This document shows, piece by piece, positions 31,704-41,361 of a stretch of DNA of 64,000 bases. Numbering within the stretch: the first letter of the stretch is position 1; each line of letters begins with the position of its first letter. The position numbers and the translations under genes are program-made. The stretch covers positions 6,414 through 70,413 of the forward strand of contig DATMYI010000064.1 of assembly GCA_035561035.1 (NCBI GenBank), in the 5' to 3' direction. The stretch is from Chlorobaculum sp. (lineage in GTDB: Bacteria > Bacteroidota > Chlorobiia > Chlorobiales > Chlorobiaceae). The notes beneath the pieces are model-generated. The model was not told the origin of the DNA and searched no databases. It was given only the letters and a program-made list of their open reading frames with translations.

Positions 31704-32434
31704 GACGGCTCCCGTTCTATCTTGTATATGGTAACGGCGATCGTCTGGTCACCAACCGCATCGTGCGACTGCGTTTCCGTTACCCTGAAGCCGTTCTCCT
31801 CCACGAGTTTGAGAAACTCCTCGGCAAGACGCCTTCTGGGATCGGCGATATAGGCGGCCCCGCCCGAGGCGAGAAGGGCATCGATAGCCGTGACGATGGG
31901 AAGAAGATTGACCCGTTCATAGAGCACATCCGCTGTAATGACAAGATCGAACTTTTCATCGGTCTTGACCAGCCGCCAGTCGAGACGCCCGGTATCGAGC
32001 TGCACGCCGTTGCGGATCGCATTGTAGACCGCGAACTTCAGCGCTTCGGTCGAGTAGTCGGTAGCCAGCACCCGCGCGCCTTTGCGTGCGGCAGCTACGC
32101 TTGCCATACCGACGCCGGCGCCAAGCTCGATCACCGATTTGTCGGCAATCTCCATCTGCTCCATGAGCACGTGCGAAAGCGTAACGGCCGCGGGCCAGAT
32201 TTCAGCCCAATACGGCATCTGCTCGTCTTTGACGAACTCTTCCGGAGATATCCGGTCCAGAAGCGCATAACTGTCTTTGACGCTCAGAAAACTGAAATCG
32301 ACATCGCCGAAACGGTAGCCGGTTTCCTTAAGGTCGTACTCGGTCGCGAGTTCTGCCCGCAGTCGGTGCAGTTCATCTTCACCGGCCATTCCGGACTGAA
32401 GGATGTCGGGCACCCGGTATCTTGAAGTCACCAT
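31700..32434 (-). CDS. SAM-dependent methyltransferase (METTL21/nicotinamide N-MTase-like)
   Basis: MPYWAEIWPAA, VIELGAGVG, ATDY, LDWR, ADVLYE, ADPRR. Confidence 0.88.
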   Translation of the reverse strand: MVTSRYRVPDILQSGMAGEDELHRLRAELATEYDLKETGYRFGDVDFSFLSVKDSYALLDRISPEEFVKDEQMPYWAEIWPAAVTLSHVLMEQMEIADKSVIELGAGVGMASVAAARKGARVLATDYSTEALKFAVYNAIRNGVQLDTGRLDWRLVKTDEKFDLVITADVLYERVNLLPIVTAIDALLASGGAAYIADPRRRLAEEFLKLVEENGFRVTETQSHDAVGDQTIAVTIYKIEREPS

Positions 32435-32548
32435 GGATTATCATCGAGGTTGCAATTATCGTCACGAATTTAACGAAAATCGCTCCCGTTTTCTATTTTG
32501 CGGCAGTATCCGATTGATTATAACCAATAACACAGCACGCCCACCACC

Positions 32549-32902
32549 ATGAAAAAAGAGATCCTCGAAGTCTTCGACAACACCTATCCCGGCCGGGACT
32601 ACACCATCCAGATCGTCAATCCCGAATTCACCTCGGTCTGCCCGAAAACAGGCCTCCCGGATTTCGGCACCATCACGATCACCTACGTTCCCGACAAAAG
32701 CTGTATCGAACTCAAGTCACTCAAATACTATTTCCTCGAGTTCCGCAGCTCCGGCATCTTCTATGAAAACATCACCAACAGGATTCTTGACGATCTGGTG
32801 GACACATGCCATCCAAGGAGCATGACCGTGAAAACCGACTGGAACGCCAGGGGCGGCATCACCGAAACGGTCACCGTCAGCTACACTGCAAAGCAGAACT
32901 GA
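32549..32902 (+). CDS. queF: NADPH-dependent 7-cyano-7-deazaguanine reductase (type I)
   Basis: [29 protein letters not shown]. Confidence 0.95.
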   Translation: MKKEILEVFDNTYPGRDYTIQIVNPEFTSVCPKTGLPDFGTITITYVPDKSCIELKSLKYYFLEFRSSGIFYENITNRILDDLVDTCHPRSMTVKTDWNARGGITETVTVSYTAKQN

Positions 32903-32916
32903 ACCCATAAACGCAG

Positions 32917-32945
32917 AGCGCCCCGGAGGTCGATTCCGGGGCGCT
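32917..32945. terminator. GC-rich hairpin between convergent queF and pscC
   Basis: AGCGCCCCGGA-N7-TCCGGGGCGCT. Confidence 0.65.
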
Positions 32946-32979
32946 GCTGAAAATTGCTTTGAACTATCGTGACTAATGA

Positions 32980-33600
32980 TCAGAACTTCTCGTGAAGCCA
33001 GATCCCAACCGTCTTGGCGTCTTCGTCGGAGATGCCTGAACCCGGGAAGCCCTGCATACGTTTCACGATGAGAGCGACCTGACCGGTCTTCTTATACTTG
33101 GTACGGAAAAGGTCCTGAACTGAATCGAGGGTATGGCACTTGTTGCAACGGGAATCGACCAGGGTTTTGGCAGCCGCGAAGTCGAAACCGGCAGGAGCTG
33201 GCGGAACATCGCTCGTGGTTGAAGGCTTGGCAAGGAACTCTTTCAGTTCGACAACGCTTCTGATATATTTGCCGTCAAGAGTTGTGGTACGGCCTTTTTC
33301 CCAATACACCCTGAGACTTAAAACCATAACCAGAACGATCAGAAAAATGCTCAGCGGAAAGCTCAGGAACCACTTGTCGCTGATAGCCGATGACATCTTG
33401 CCGATGCCCATGATAATAACAGAAGCGCCGAAAATCAGCGAAAACCACCCCAGGAAAGACCTCAAAGGAACGAGAGCCGGTATGGCATTCGGTGCCGGAA
33501 CATAACCGGTGAGGAACGATACTACGAAAAACAAAGCTCCCATTAAGACCGCTCCGCCAATTGCAAGAGCAATAAGCTTACCGTTTGACTTGTTGTCCAT
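32980..33600 (-). CDS. pscC: Photosystem P840 reaction-centre cytochrome c-551 (cyt cz)
   Basis: MDNKSNGKLIALAIGGAVLMG, three TMs, C-terminal CNKCH heme motif, KRMQGFPGSGISD; 206 aa. Confidence 0.96.
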   Translation of the reverse strand: MDNKSNGKLIALAIGGAVLMGALFFVVSFLTGYVPAPNAIPALVPLRSFLGWFSLIFGASVIIMGIGKMSSAISDKWFLSFPLSIFLIVLVMVLSLRVYWEKGRTTTLDGKYIRSVVELKEFLAKPSTTSDVPPAPAGFDFAAAKTLVDSRCNKCHTLDSVQDLFRTKYKKTGQVALIVKRMQGFPGSGISDEDAKTVGIWLHEKF

Positions 33601-33817
33601 GACAGGTAATTGGATTAGGTGTTAGCCGTTTGCCAGAATTTATTAACTAAGATAAACATTATTAATAAAGGCGACAAACAATAAAGTAAAAAGCTTTAGC
33701 CTCCAACCGCTGTCCCCTCGACCTCCTGAAACCTCCCCCCTGAATGGCCACGCGTGATTTTGCAACTCGTACGCAAGTGGTTATGTTGGAGCAGTAAACT
33801 TAATTACAAAACCGATC

Positions 33818-36583
33818 ATGATCACCTCAACGACCAGCGTCGTCGATTTCGACAAAGCCGCAATAGATTTCCAGTTTCTTCTCGACTGCTTCGTCGAGGT
33901 ATTGCAGAGTCTCGGTCAGGAGGAGCTTGCGCTCCACCTTCGAGGCGGCAGCCGTACAGCCATCTCCGGATTCGACAAGACCGAACGCGCCGTGCAGGCC
34001 TGGTCCATCGTCTTCCAGCTTCTCAACATGGCCGAGGAAAACTCGGCAGCCCAGTACCGCAGGACCCTCGAATCAAGCGATGGAATCCAGTCGCTTACCG
34101 GCCTCTGGGGCGACACGTTCAAGTGGCTGAAAAAACTCGGGGTCGCTGAAGAGGAGATCGCGTCCGAACTCCCTGAAATCGAGGTCGAACCGACGCTGAC
34201 CGCCCACCCGACCGAGGCGAAGCGCCGAACGGTACTGGAACAGCACCGGGAGCTCTACCTGCTTCTGGTCAAGCGCGAAAACCGCATGTGGACTCCCTCG
34301 GAACGGGAGGATATCCGCACCGAAATCAAGGTCATCCTCGAAAGGCTCTGGCGTACCGGCGAGATCCTTTTCGAAAAGCCCGAGGTCAGCGCCGAGCGCC
34401 AGAACGTGCTTCACTATCTGCATACGATATTCCCCGAAGTGCTCCCCATGCTCGACAAAAGGCTCGCCCAGGCATGGGTCGACGCCGGATTCGAACCGGC
34501 TACGACCTGCGATCCGCGCCGCCTGCCGCGCATCAGCTTCGGCAGCTGGGTCGGAGGGGACCGCGACGGCCATCCGCTGGTAACTGCGGAAACCACACAG
34601 CAGACCCTTCAGGAGATGCGCCGTCACGCACTCCGGCTCGTCAGGAAAAACCTCGAACGGCTCGCTTCGAAACTCAGCATCTCGGATCGTTTCCAGCCAC
34701 CATCCGCGACCATGACCGGACGGATGGAGCTCATGCGCCAGCACCTCGGCAGCAGGGGCGATCATGCCGTTGACAGAAACCGGCATGAACCCTGGCGACA
34801 GTTCGTCAATCTCATGATCGAGGCCCTGCCTGCCGAACCCGGAATGCAGGGATCAGGAGAAGAGGAGGATGATGCGTTCAGGTATCATCGGCATGGAGAG
34901 CTGCTTTCGGACCTCGATCTCCTGCGCTCCTCCCTGGTCGCGATCAATGCCGAGAACGTCGCCCATGGGGACCTGCTGCCGGTATACCGGATCGTCCAGA
35001 CTTTCGGGTTCCACCTCGGCAGGCTCGACATCAGGCAGAACAGCCGTTTTCACGACCTCGCCCTGTCGCAGCTCATCACCGCGGCGGGCATGGACGGCAA
35101 CGCGTTCCTGGAGTGGAGCGAAGAGGAGCGCATCGGGTTTCTTGAGCAGGAACTGCTTTCGCCGCGTCCGTTCACCCACCCCGACATGAATGCCGGCCCC
35201 GAGGCCGAAGCCGTGCTCTCCTGCTACCGGGTTCTCTTCGGGCACGGCAGGCAATTCGGCCACGACGGCATCGGTTCCCTGATCGTCAGCATGACCAGGA
35301 ACGCCTCGGATCTGCTCGTCGTCTACCTTTTCGCAAGGGAGGTCGGCCTGATGACCCCCTACGGCGAAGGAGACGCCTGCCTGATTCCTGTCGTGCCGCT
35401 TTTCGAAACCATCGAAGACCTTGAAAAAAGCCCTGAAATACTCGGGCGATTCCTCGAGCATCCCGTCACCCGCAGAAGCATCGCATTGCAGCAGGAGATT
35501 CATGGACGCAAGAAACCTGTCCAGCAGGTGATGGTCGGATACAGCGACAGCAACAAGGACGGCGGCATCGTGGCGAGTCTCTGGAGCCTTTACCGTGCCG
35601 AGGAGCAGTTGATCGATGCCGGCAGGAAGCATGGCGTCGACATCCTCTTTTTCCATGGCCGGGGAGGCAGCATCAGCCGCGGGGCGGGACCTACCCACCG
35701 ATTTATCCGTGCCCAGCCGCACGGCTCTCTCGACGCCGGGCTCAGGGTGACCGAACAGGGAGAGACCATCGCGCAGAAATACGCCAACAAAATCAGCGCC
35801 GCATACAACCTCGAACTCTTTCTGGCCGGGATCGCCGAAGCGAGGCTCGCCCACAGGAGTAAAGGGTACCGGCCGCACGCGCTCGAAGGCACCATGGATT
35901 TCATTGCCCTGAGCAGCAACAAGGCATACCGGAAACTGATCGAAACCCAGGGTATGCTCGACTTCTTCCGTCAGGCGACGCCCATCGACATCATCGAGTC
36001 GAGCCGAATCGGATCGCGCCCGTCAAGGCGCACCGGCAGGCAGAGCCTCGAAGACCTGCGGGCGATCCCCTGGGTGTTCAGCTGGAACCAGGCGCGCTTC
36101 GCCATTTCTGGATGGTACGGGGCCGGATCGGCGCTCGAGGAGCTGCGGGCCACCGAGCCGGAGGCGTTCGACCTCATGCGCAGCAGCGACTTTTCGTGGG
36201 CGCCGTTCCAGTATATCGTCAGCAATGTGGCCACAAGCATCCTCTCGGTGGACCCATGGATCATGCAGCAATATGCTTCACTGGTCGAGGACGACGGCGT
36301 AAGGGACAACCTGCTCGGCATGATCACGGCCGAATACCTCCGGACCATGCGCCTGCTCGAACTGATTTACGGAGGCCCGCTGAAAGAGAAGCTGTTCAAC
36401 GTTTATCGTTTCATCGAAACGAGGGAGGAGGGACTCGGCATGCTGCACCGCCTGCAGATCGACCTGCTGGGCAACTGGAGAAAGCTGTCGGCGTCGGGCG
36501 ACCAGGAACAGGCGGACGCCCTCCTCCCCGAACTCCTCCTGACGGTCAACGCCATCTCCGGAGGACTGCGTACGACAGGATGA
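33818..36583 (+). CDS. ppc: Phosphoenolpyruvate carboxylase
   Basis: LTAHPTE, SWVGGDRDGHP, VPLFET, VMVGYSDSNKDGG, FHGRGG, LRAIPWVFSW, GLRTTG. Confidence 0.96.
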   Translation: MITSTTSVVDFDKAAIDFQFLLDCFVEVLQSLGQEELALHLRGGSRTAISGFDKTERAVQAWSIVFQLLNMAEENSAAQYRRTLESSDGIQSLTGLWGDTFKWLKKLGVAEEEIASELPEIEVEPTLTAHPTEAKRRTVLEQHRELYLLLVKRENRMWTPSEREDIRTEIKVILERLWRTGEILFEKPEVSAERQNVLHYLHTIFPEVLPMLDKRLAQAWVDAGFEPATTCDPRRLPRISFGSWVGGDRDGHPLVTAETTQQTLQEMRRHALRLVRKNLERLASKLSISDRFQPPSATMTGRMELMRQHLGSRGDHAVDRNRHEPWRQFVNLMIEALPAEPGMQGSGEEEDDAFRYHRHGELLSDLDLLRSSLVAINAENVAHGDLLPVYRIVQTFGFHLGRLDIRQNSRFHDLALSQLITAAGMDGNAFLEWSEEERIGFLEQELLSPRPFTHPDMNAGPEAEAVLSCYRVLFGHGRQFGHDGIGSLIVSMTRNASDLLVVYLFAREVGLMTPYGEGDACLIPVVPLFETIEDLEKSPEILGRFLEHPVTRRSIALQQEIHGRKKPVQQVMVGYSDSNKDGGIVASLWSLYRAEEQLIDAGRKHGVDILFFHGRGGSISRGAGPTHRFIRAQPHGSLDAGLRVTEQGETIAQKYANKISAAYNLELFLAGIAEARLAHRSKGYRPHALEGTMDFIALSSNKAYRKLIETQGMLDFFRQATPIDIIESSRIGSRPSRRTGRQSLEDLRAIPWVFSWNQARFAISGWYGAGSALEELRATEPEAFDLMRSSDFSWAPFQYIVSNVATSILSVDPWIMQQYASLVEDDGVRDNLLGMITAEYLRTMRLLELIYGGPLKEKLFNVYRFIETREEGLGMLHRLQIDLLGNWRKLSASGDQEQADALLPELLLTVNAISGGLRTTG

Positions 36584-36738
36584 GCTTTACTGTTGAAGAT
36601 ATTTACTGCTTTTTTACTATACTGAAGGAACGAGACGCCCCCTGTCAATCCCCTGACCGTTCCGGAAACGACACGAAAAATCGGAACGGTCTGACAGGCG
36701 GCGGCAGTGATAACCCCTAATCATTGTCCCTCCTTCCC

Positions 36739-38295
36739 ATGCTCACCAAACTCTGCGCGGCGGCACTGCTGGGCATCGACGCCCTGAAAGTCGAGATCGA
36801 AACCAACGTCTCGGGCGGTCTGCCCGCCTTTACGGTGGTCGGCCTGCCCGACAGCGCCATCAAGGAGAGCCGGGAACGTATCCTGACGGCGATCCGCAAC
36901 TCCGGCTTCGAGCTGCCTTCGAAAAAGATCACCGTCAACCTCGCACCGGCGGACGTGCGCAAGGAGGGCACCTCGTTCGACCTCGGCATTGCGGTCGGAC
37001 TCCTCGGCTCGCTCAAGGAGATCAAGGGGAACTTCGAAGATACCATCGTGCTCGGCGAGCTTGCCCTCGACGGATCGGTCAGACGCATCAACGGCTCCCT
37101 CCCCATGGCGATCATGGCCTCGAGGGAGAACATCCGGCGCATGATCGTGCCAAAGATCAACGCATCGGAGGCCGCCGTGGCCGTTTCGGCTTCAGGGTCG
37201 ACGACGCAGGTGTTCGGCGTCGAGACGCTCATCGAGGCGGCGGGACTGCTCAATGGCTCGATCCAGGCCGAACCGGTCAGCGTCGACGTTACGAACCTGT
37301 TCGCCTGCGAACCTGAGTACCCGGTCGATTTCGCTGAAATCAAGGGTCAGCACACCGCCAAGAAAGCCATCGAGATCGCCGCCGCCGGAGCGCACAACAT
37401 CCTGATGATCGGGCCGCCCGGAAGCGGCAAGACCCTTCTGGCCAAAGCGATTCCCGGCATCCTGCCGCCTCTCGGTTTCGAAGAGTCGCTCGAAACGACC
37501 AAGATATACTCGGTGGCCAACCTGCTCGACAGGAACCGTCCGCTCATGATCACCAGGCCGTTCCGGAACCCCCACCATACGACCAGCAACATCGCCCTCA
37601 TCGGCGGCGGCGCCCTTGCCAAACCGGGCGAAGTGAGCCTGGCGCACAACGGCGTGCTCTTCCTCGACGAACTGCCGGAGTTCACCCGCAACGCCCTCGA
37701 AGTGCTGCGCCAACCTATCGAGGACCGCGAAGTGACCATATCGAGAGCGGCCCTTTCGACCCGCTATCCTGCCGGGTTCATGCTGGTCGCCGCAATGAAT
37801 CCCAGCCCGGCCGGGCCGCTGAAGGACCGGGACGGAACGCTGACCGCTTCGCCCGACCAGATCAGACGGTACCTTTCCAAAATCTCGGGACCGCTGCTCG
37901 ACCGGATCGACATCCATATCGACGTCCCCAAGGTCGAGAACACGGAACTGTTTTCGGCCTCGTCAGCCGAAAGTTCGCGCGACATACGCGAGCGGGTCAT
38001 CCGGGCACGCGCCGTCCAGCACGAACGGTTCGCGGCTCTGGTCTCTCCGAGAATCTTCACCAACTCGCAGATGAACTCGAAGCTGATCCGCCAGTTCTGC
38101 AGGCTCGACCGGCAATGCGCCGAAAAGCTCATGGAGGCCATGAACCGACTCAACCTTTCGGCCAGGGCCCACGACCGGATCCTCAAGGTAAGCCGTACCA
38201 TCGCAGATCTGGAAGGAGCGGAACAGATCGAGATGAGGCATCTCGTGCAGGGCATCCAGTACCGAACCCTCGACCGGGAGTTCTGGAGCTTCTGA
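36739..38295 (+). CDS. comM: YifB/ComM family Mg-chelatase-like AAA+ ATPase
   Basis: VGLPDSAIKESRER, NLAPADVRKEG, GPPGSGKT, PGEVSLAHNGVLFLDE, SGPLLDRID. Confidence 0.92.
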   Translation: MLTKLCAAALLGIDALKVEIETNVSGGLPAFTVVGLPDSAIKESRERILTAIRNSGFELPSKKITVNLAPADVRKEGTSFDLGIAVGLLGSLKEIKGNFEDTIVLGELALDGSVRRINGSLPMAIMASRENIRRMIVPKINASEAAVAVSASGSTTQVFGVETLIEAAGLLNGSIQAEPVSVDVTNLFACEPEYPVDFAEIKGQHTAKKAIEIAAAGAHNILMIGPPGSGKTLLAKAIPGILPPLGFEESLETTKIYSVANLLDRNRPLMITRPFRNPHHTTSNIALIGGGALAKPGEVSLAHNGVLFLDELPEFTRNALEVLRQPIEDREVTISRAALSTRYPAGFMLVAAMNPSPAGPLKDRDGTLTASPDQIRRYLSKISGPLLDRIDIHIDVPKVENTELFSASSAESSRDIRERVIRARAVQHERFAALVSPRIFTNSQMNSKLIRQFCRLDRQCAEKLMEAMNRLNLSARAHDRILKVSRTIADLEGAEQIEMRHLVQGIQYRTLDREFWSF

Positions 38296-38359
38296 CAGAA
38301 AACGGCAACCGATCGGGGATTCAGCTCGGGATCAGGAATTGCCGCCTTTTATCGATTGG

Positions 38360-41176
38360 CTACACCCGAGACACCGGCTCACAGCGTTCGACGTAAATAT
38401 GATCCGGCGGCAGATCGCGATGATAGCGTTCGTACATCTCGCTCAATGCGGATTCGAAATGCCTGGTGAACCTGTCGCTGTCGAACAATGGCGCTGTCAG
38501 CCGGTTATGCTCAAGTTTCAGCTTGATCTCCCGCAACTTTTCCGGATCGTTGGCGAGTTCTGTCGCCAGCGCTTCGTACTCTACCTCTGACGAGGTGATG
38601 AGCTCCGGCAAACGGATGGCGTTCAACAGGCTGGCCGCCACCCGGCCCGCGAACGACTCCCCCTTGCAGGTCAGTACCGGTAACCCGGCCCATAAGGCGT
38701 CGCTTGCCGTCGTGTGGGCGTTGCAGGGAAACGTGTCGAGAAACAGATCGGCCAGACGATGCCTCGCAAGATGTTCGGGAAGAGGCATTCGCCCGGCAAA
38801 TACCAACCGCCCGGCGTCAATTCCCCTCCGGAGAGCCTCCTTTCGGAGATTGCCTCCGACCCGGGGGTTGTCCTCCAACAGCCAGAGCACGCTACCCTCG
38901 ACGCTGTCGAGGATCCTCATCCAGCAATCGAAGATGTCCGGGTTTATCTTGTAGTTATTGTTGAAGCAGCAGAAAACGAAGCCGGTTGCCGGCAATCCAC
39001 ACTCCTGCCGGGTAAATACCTTGTTTGCGATCCGGCGCTTCGAGTCATTGGTCTGATAGCTGTCGGGCAAAGAGACTGTTTTTTCCGTATAGAACTGCCG
39101 GAACCGTTCCGGGACAAGCGTCTGGTCAGCGATGATATAATCCATGTATTCGAGGCCCATCGTACCGGGATACCCCAGGTAGTTGACCTGTATCGGGGCC
39201 GCCCTGAATGCAAATATATCCGGACGGGAATCTTTGGTGAAGCCTTTAAGGTCTACAGCGATATCGATCTCCAGCTCCCTTGACAACGCAGCGACCTCCC
39301 GGTCTGAAATATTTCCCACATCAATGAAGCGATCGAAAGCGCGAACAGCCCTTTTTCTCATCGGATCTTCCCGGAGATCGGGACCGAAAGAAAAAGCTGT
39401 AATCTCAAAACTTGTCCGATCATGCTTTTCAAACAGTTCGGCCATCAAATACATGGTGGCATGATCATGAAAATCTGCAGAGTAGTATCCGACCCGGATT
39501 TTATCCCGCTTCGGATAGCAGGGGACATCTTGAGGCCCGATACGCGAAGGATGTTTATCCTCCACATAGGTCGATACCGCCTGCTTTATTAACGAAAGCG
39601 TTCCTGTACCTGAAATGATTTGAAAGGGAGTAGACACTCTTTTGCGATTCACTATCCCGTAAAGCAATTCACCCAGCATATCAGCATAATCCGTCCAGTC
39701 GCATATCATCATTTTTACATGAAGCAACAGGCCCGGCCAATAATCGCCGTCCGGGTTGATCAATAATGCCCGGACAAGGCTTTCTGCCGCATCATCATAC
39801 TGTTTGAGTTCAAACAGCGTGACACATCTGTTGAACCAGGCTTCGGCATAGTCGGGGTTGAGCGCTATCGCCCGGTCGTAACTGGCAATGGCTGCATCCG
39901 GCCTGTTGAGCTTCAGCATAGTGTTGCCCCGGTTCGACCAGGCCGGGAAAAAATCGGGCCTGAAGTTTAACGCCTTCTCAAAACTCTCCAACGCCGCATC
40001 CCACTGCCTGAGACCATGAAGGGCCAAGCCACGGTTGGACCAGGCTTCGGCATAATCGGGCTCGAGCTCTACGGCCCGATCGTAACTCCCGGCCGCCGCC
40101 TCAAGCTGCATCATCTCGTACAGGGCATTGCCGCGATTGTACCAGACCTCACTATAATCCGGGTTAAGCGCTATAGCCCGGTCATAACTCGCCAGTGCGC
40201 CTTCCCGTCCTTTGAGCTTCAGGAGCACATTCCCACGATTGGACCAGGCTTCCGCATAATCAGGCCTGATCGCTGTCGCACGTTCATAACTCGCTATCGC
40301 GTCCTCCAGTCGCCCGAGTTCCATGAACGCATTGCCGCGGTTACACCACATCTGGGCATGTTCAGGCATGAGCGTTATGGCATGGTCGTAACTGGCTATG
40401 GCCGCCTCGCCATGCCTGAGTTCAAGCAATGTATTGCCATGGTTGAACCATGCTTCGGCGAAATCGGGCCTGAGCGACAAGGCCTTCTCATAACTCCCGG
40501 CTGCTCCGGCAAATTGCTTCAGCGCCTGAAGTGCATTGCCCCGATTGAACCACGCTTCGGCGTTTTCGGGCATGAGCGCTATCGCCCGGCCGTAACTCTC
40601 GACCGCTTCTTCCCACTGCATGAGCTCCATCAGCACATTTCCCCGGTTCGACCAGGCTTCCGCATAATCCGGCCTGATCGCTAACGCACGCTCATAGCTC
40701 CTGACCGCCTCGTCCAGGGCTTTGAGCTCGAACAACGAATTACCCCGGTTCGACCAGGCTTCCGCATAGTCGGGTCTGATCGCTGTCGCACGGTCATAGC
40801 TCCTGACCGCCTCATCACATCGTTTGAGATCATGCAGCGCCACACCCCGGTTGGACCATGCTTCGGCATGATCGGGTCTGAGCCCTATTGCCTTCTCATA
40901 ACCCGCCACCGCCGCCTCCGGTTGCCCGAGCGCCTGGAGCGCCATGCCTCGATTGAAATGGCTGGCGGCGTTGTCCGGAAAAATCGCGATAGCCTGGTCG
41001 ATCAGATCGACGGCCCTCCGGTGGTTCTGTGTCTGAACTGAAAGGAGCCCAAGCAGATTGAGCGCCTCGAAGTGATCAGGCCTGGTCTCCAGTATCTCTT
41101 CATAGATCGACTGAGCCAGGACGAACTGCCCCTGTCGATGCAGCTCAACCGCCTGCTGTATTCGCTGGTCGATCAT
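38360..41176 (-). CDS. O-linked GlcNAc transferase (GT41) with 14 TPRs
   Basis: 14 x 34-aa repeats (AEAWxNRGN...YDRAIAxxPDY); RVGYYSADFHDHA, VDLKGFT, APIQVNYLGYPGT, FCCFNNNYKI, DLFLDTFPCNAHTTASDALWAG. Confidence 0.92.
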   Translation of the reverse strand: MIDQRIQQAVELHRQGQFVLAQSIYEEILETRPDHFEALNLLGLLSVQTQNHRRAVDLIDQAIAIFPDNAASHFNRGMALQALGQPEAAVAGYEKAIGLRPDHAEAWSNRGVALHDLKRCDEAVRSYDRATAIRPDYAEAWSNRGNSLFELKALDEAVRSYERALAIRPDYAEAWSNRGNVLMELMQWEEAVESYGRAIALMPENAEAWFNRGNALQALKQFAGAAGSYEKALSLRPDFAEAWFNHGNTLLELRHGEAAIASYDHAITLMPEHAQMWCNRGNAFMELGRLEDAIASYERATAIRPDYAEAWSNRGNVLLKLKGREGALASYDRAIALNPDYSEVWYNRGNALYEMMQLEAAAGSYDRAVELEPDYAEAWSNRGLALHGLRQWDAALESFEKALNFRPDFFPAWSNRGNTMLKLNRPDAAIASYDRAIALNPDYAEAWFNRCVTLFELKQYDDAAESLVRALLINPDGDYWPGLLLHVKMMICDWTDYADMLGELLYGIVNRKRVSTPFQIISGTGTLSLIKQAVSTYVEDKHPSRIGPQDVPCYPKRDKIRVGYYSADFHDHATMYLMAELFEKHDRTSFEITAFSFGPDLREDPMRKRAVRAFDRFIDVGNISDREVAALSRELEIDIAVDLKGFTKDSRPDIFAFRAAPIQVNYLGYPGTMGLEYMDYIIADQTLVPERFRQFYTEKTVSLPDSYQTNDSKRRIANKVFTRQECGLPATGFVFCCFNNNYKINPDIFDCWMRILDSVEGSVLWLLEDNPRVGGNLRKEALRRGIDAGRLVFAGRMPLPEHLARHRLADLFLDTFPCNAHTTASDALWAGLPVLTCKGESFAGRVAASLLNAIRLPELITSSEVEYEALATELANDPEKLREIKLKLEHNRLTAPLFDSDRFTRHFESALSEMYERYHRDLPPDHIYVERCEPVSRV

Positions 41177-41361
41177 ATCGCCCAAAAAGCTTCGTGACGG
41201 GTTTTGATCCGGTATGGCTCCGAAAGCTCCGATTCACAGGTACAACTCGTATAATGTACCGGCTGAACAACCGATTCACGGATGAATGTCTGACCGGATC
41301 GTTTCATATGGCGGATTTTGGTGTTCGCAAGGATTCCGGGGATCGACTGCATCGATGTGCT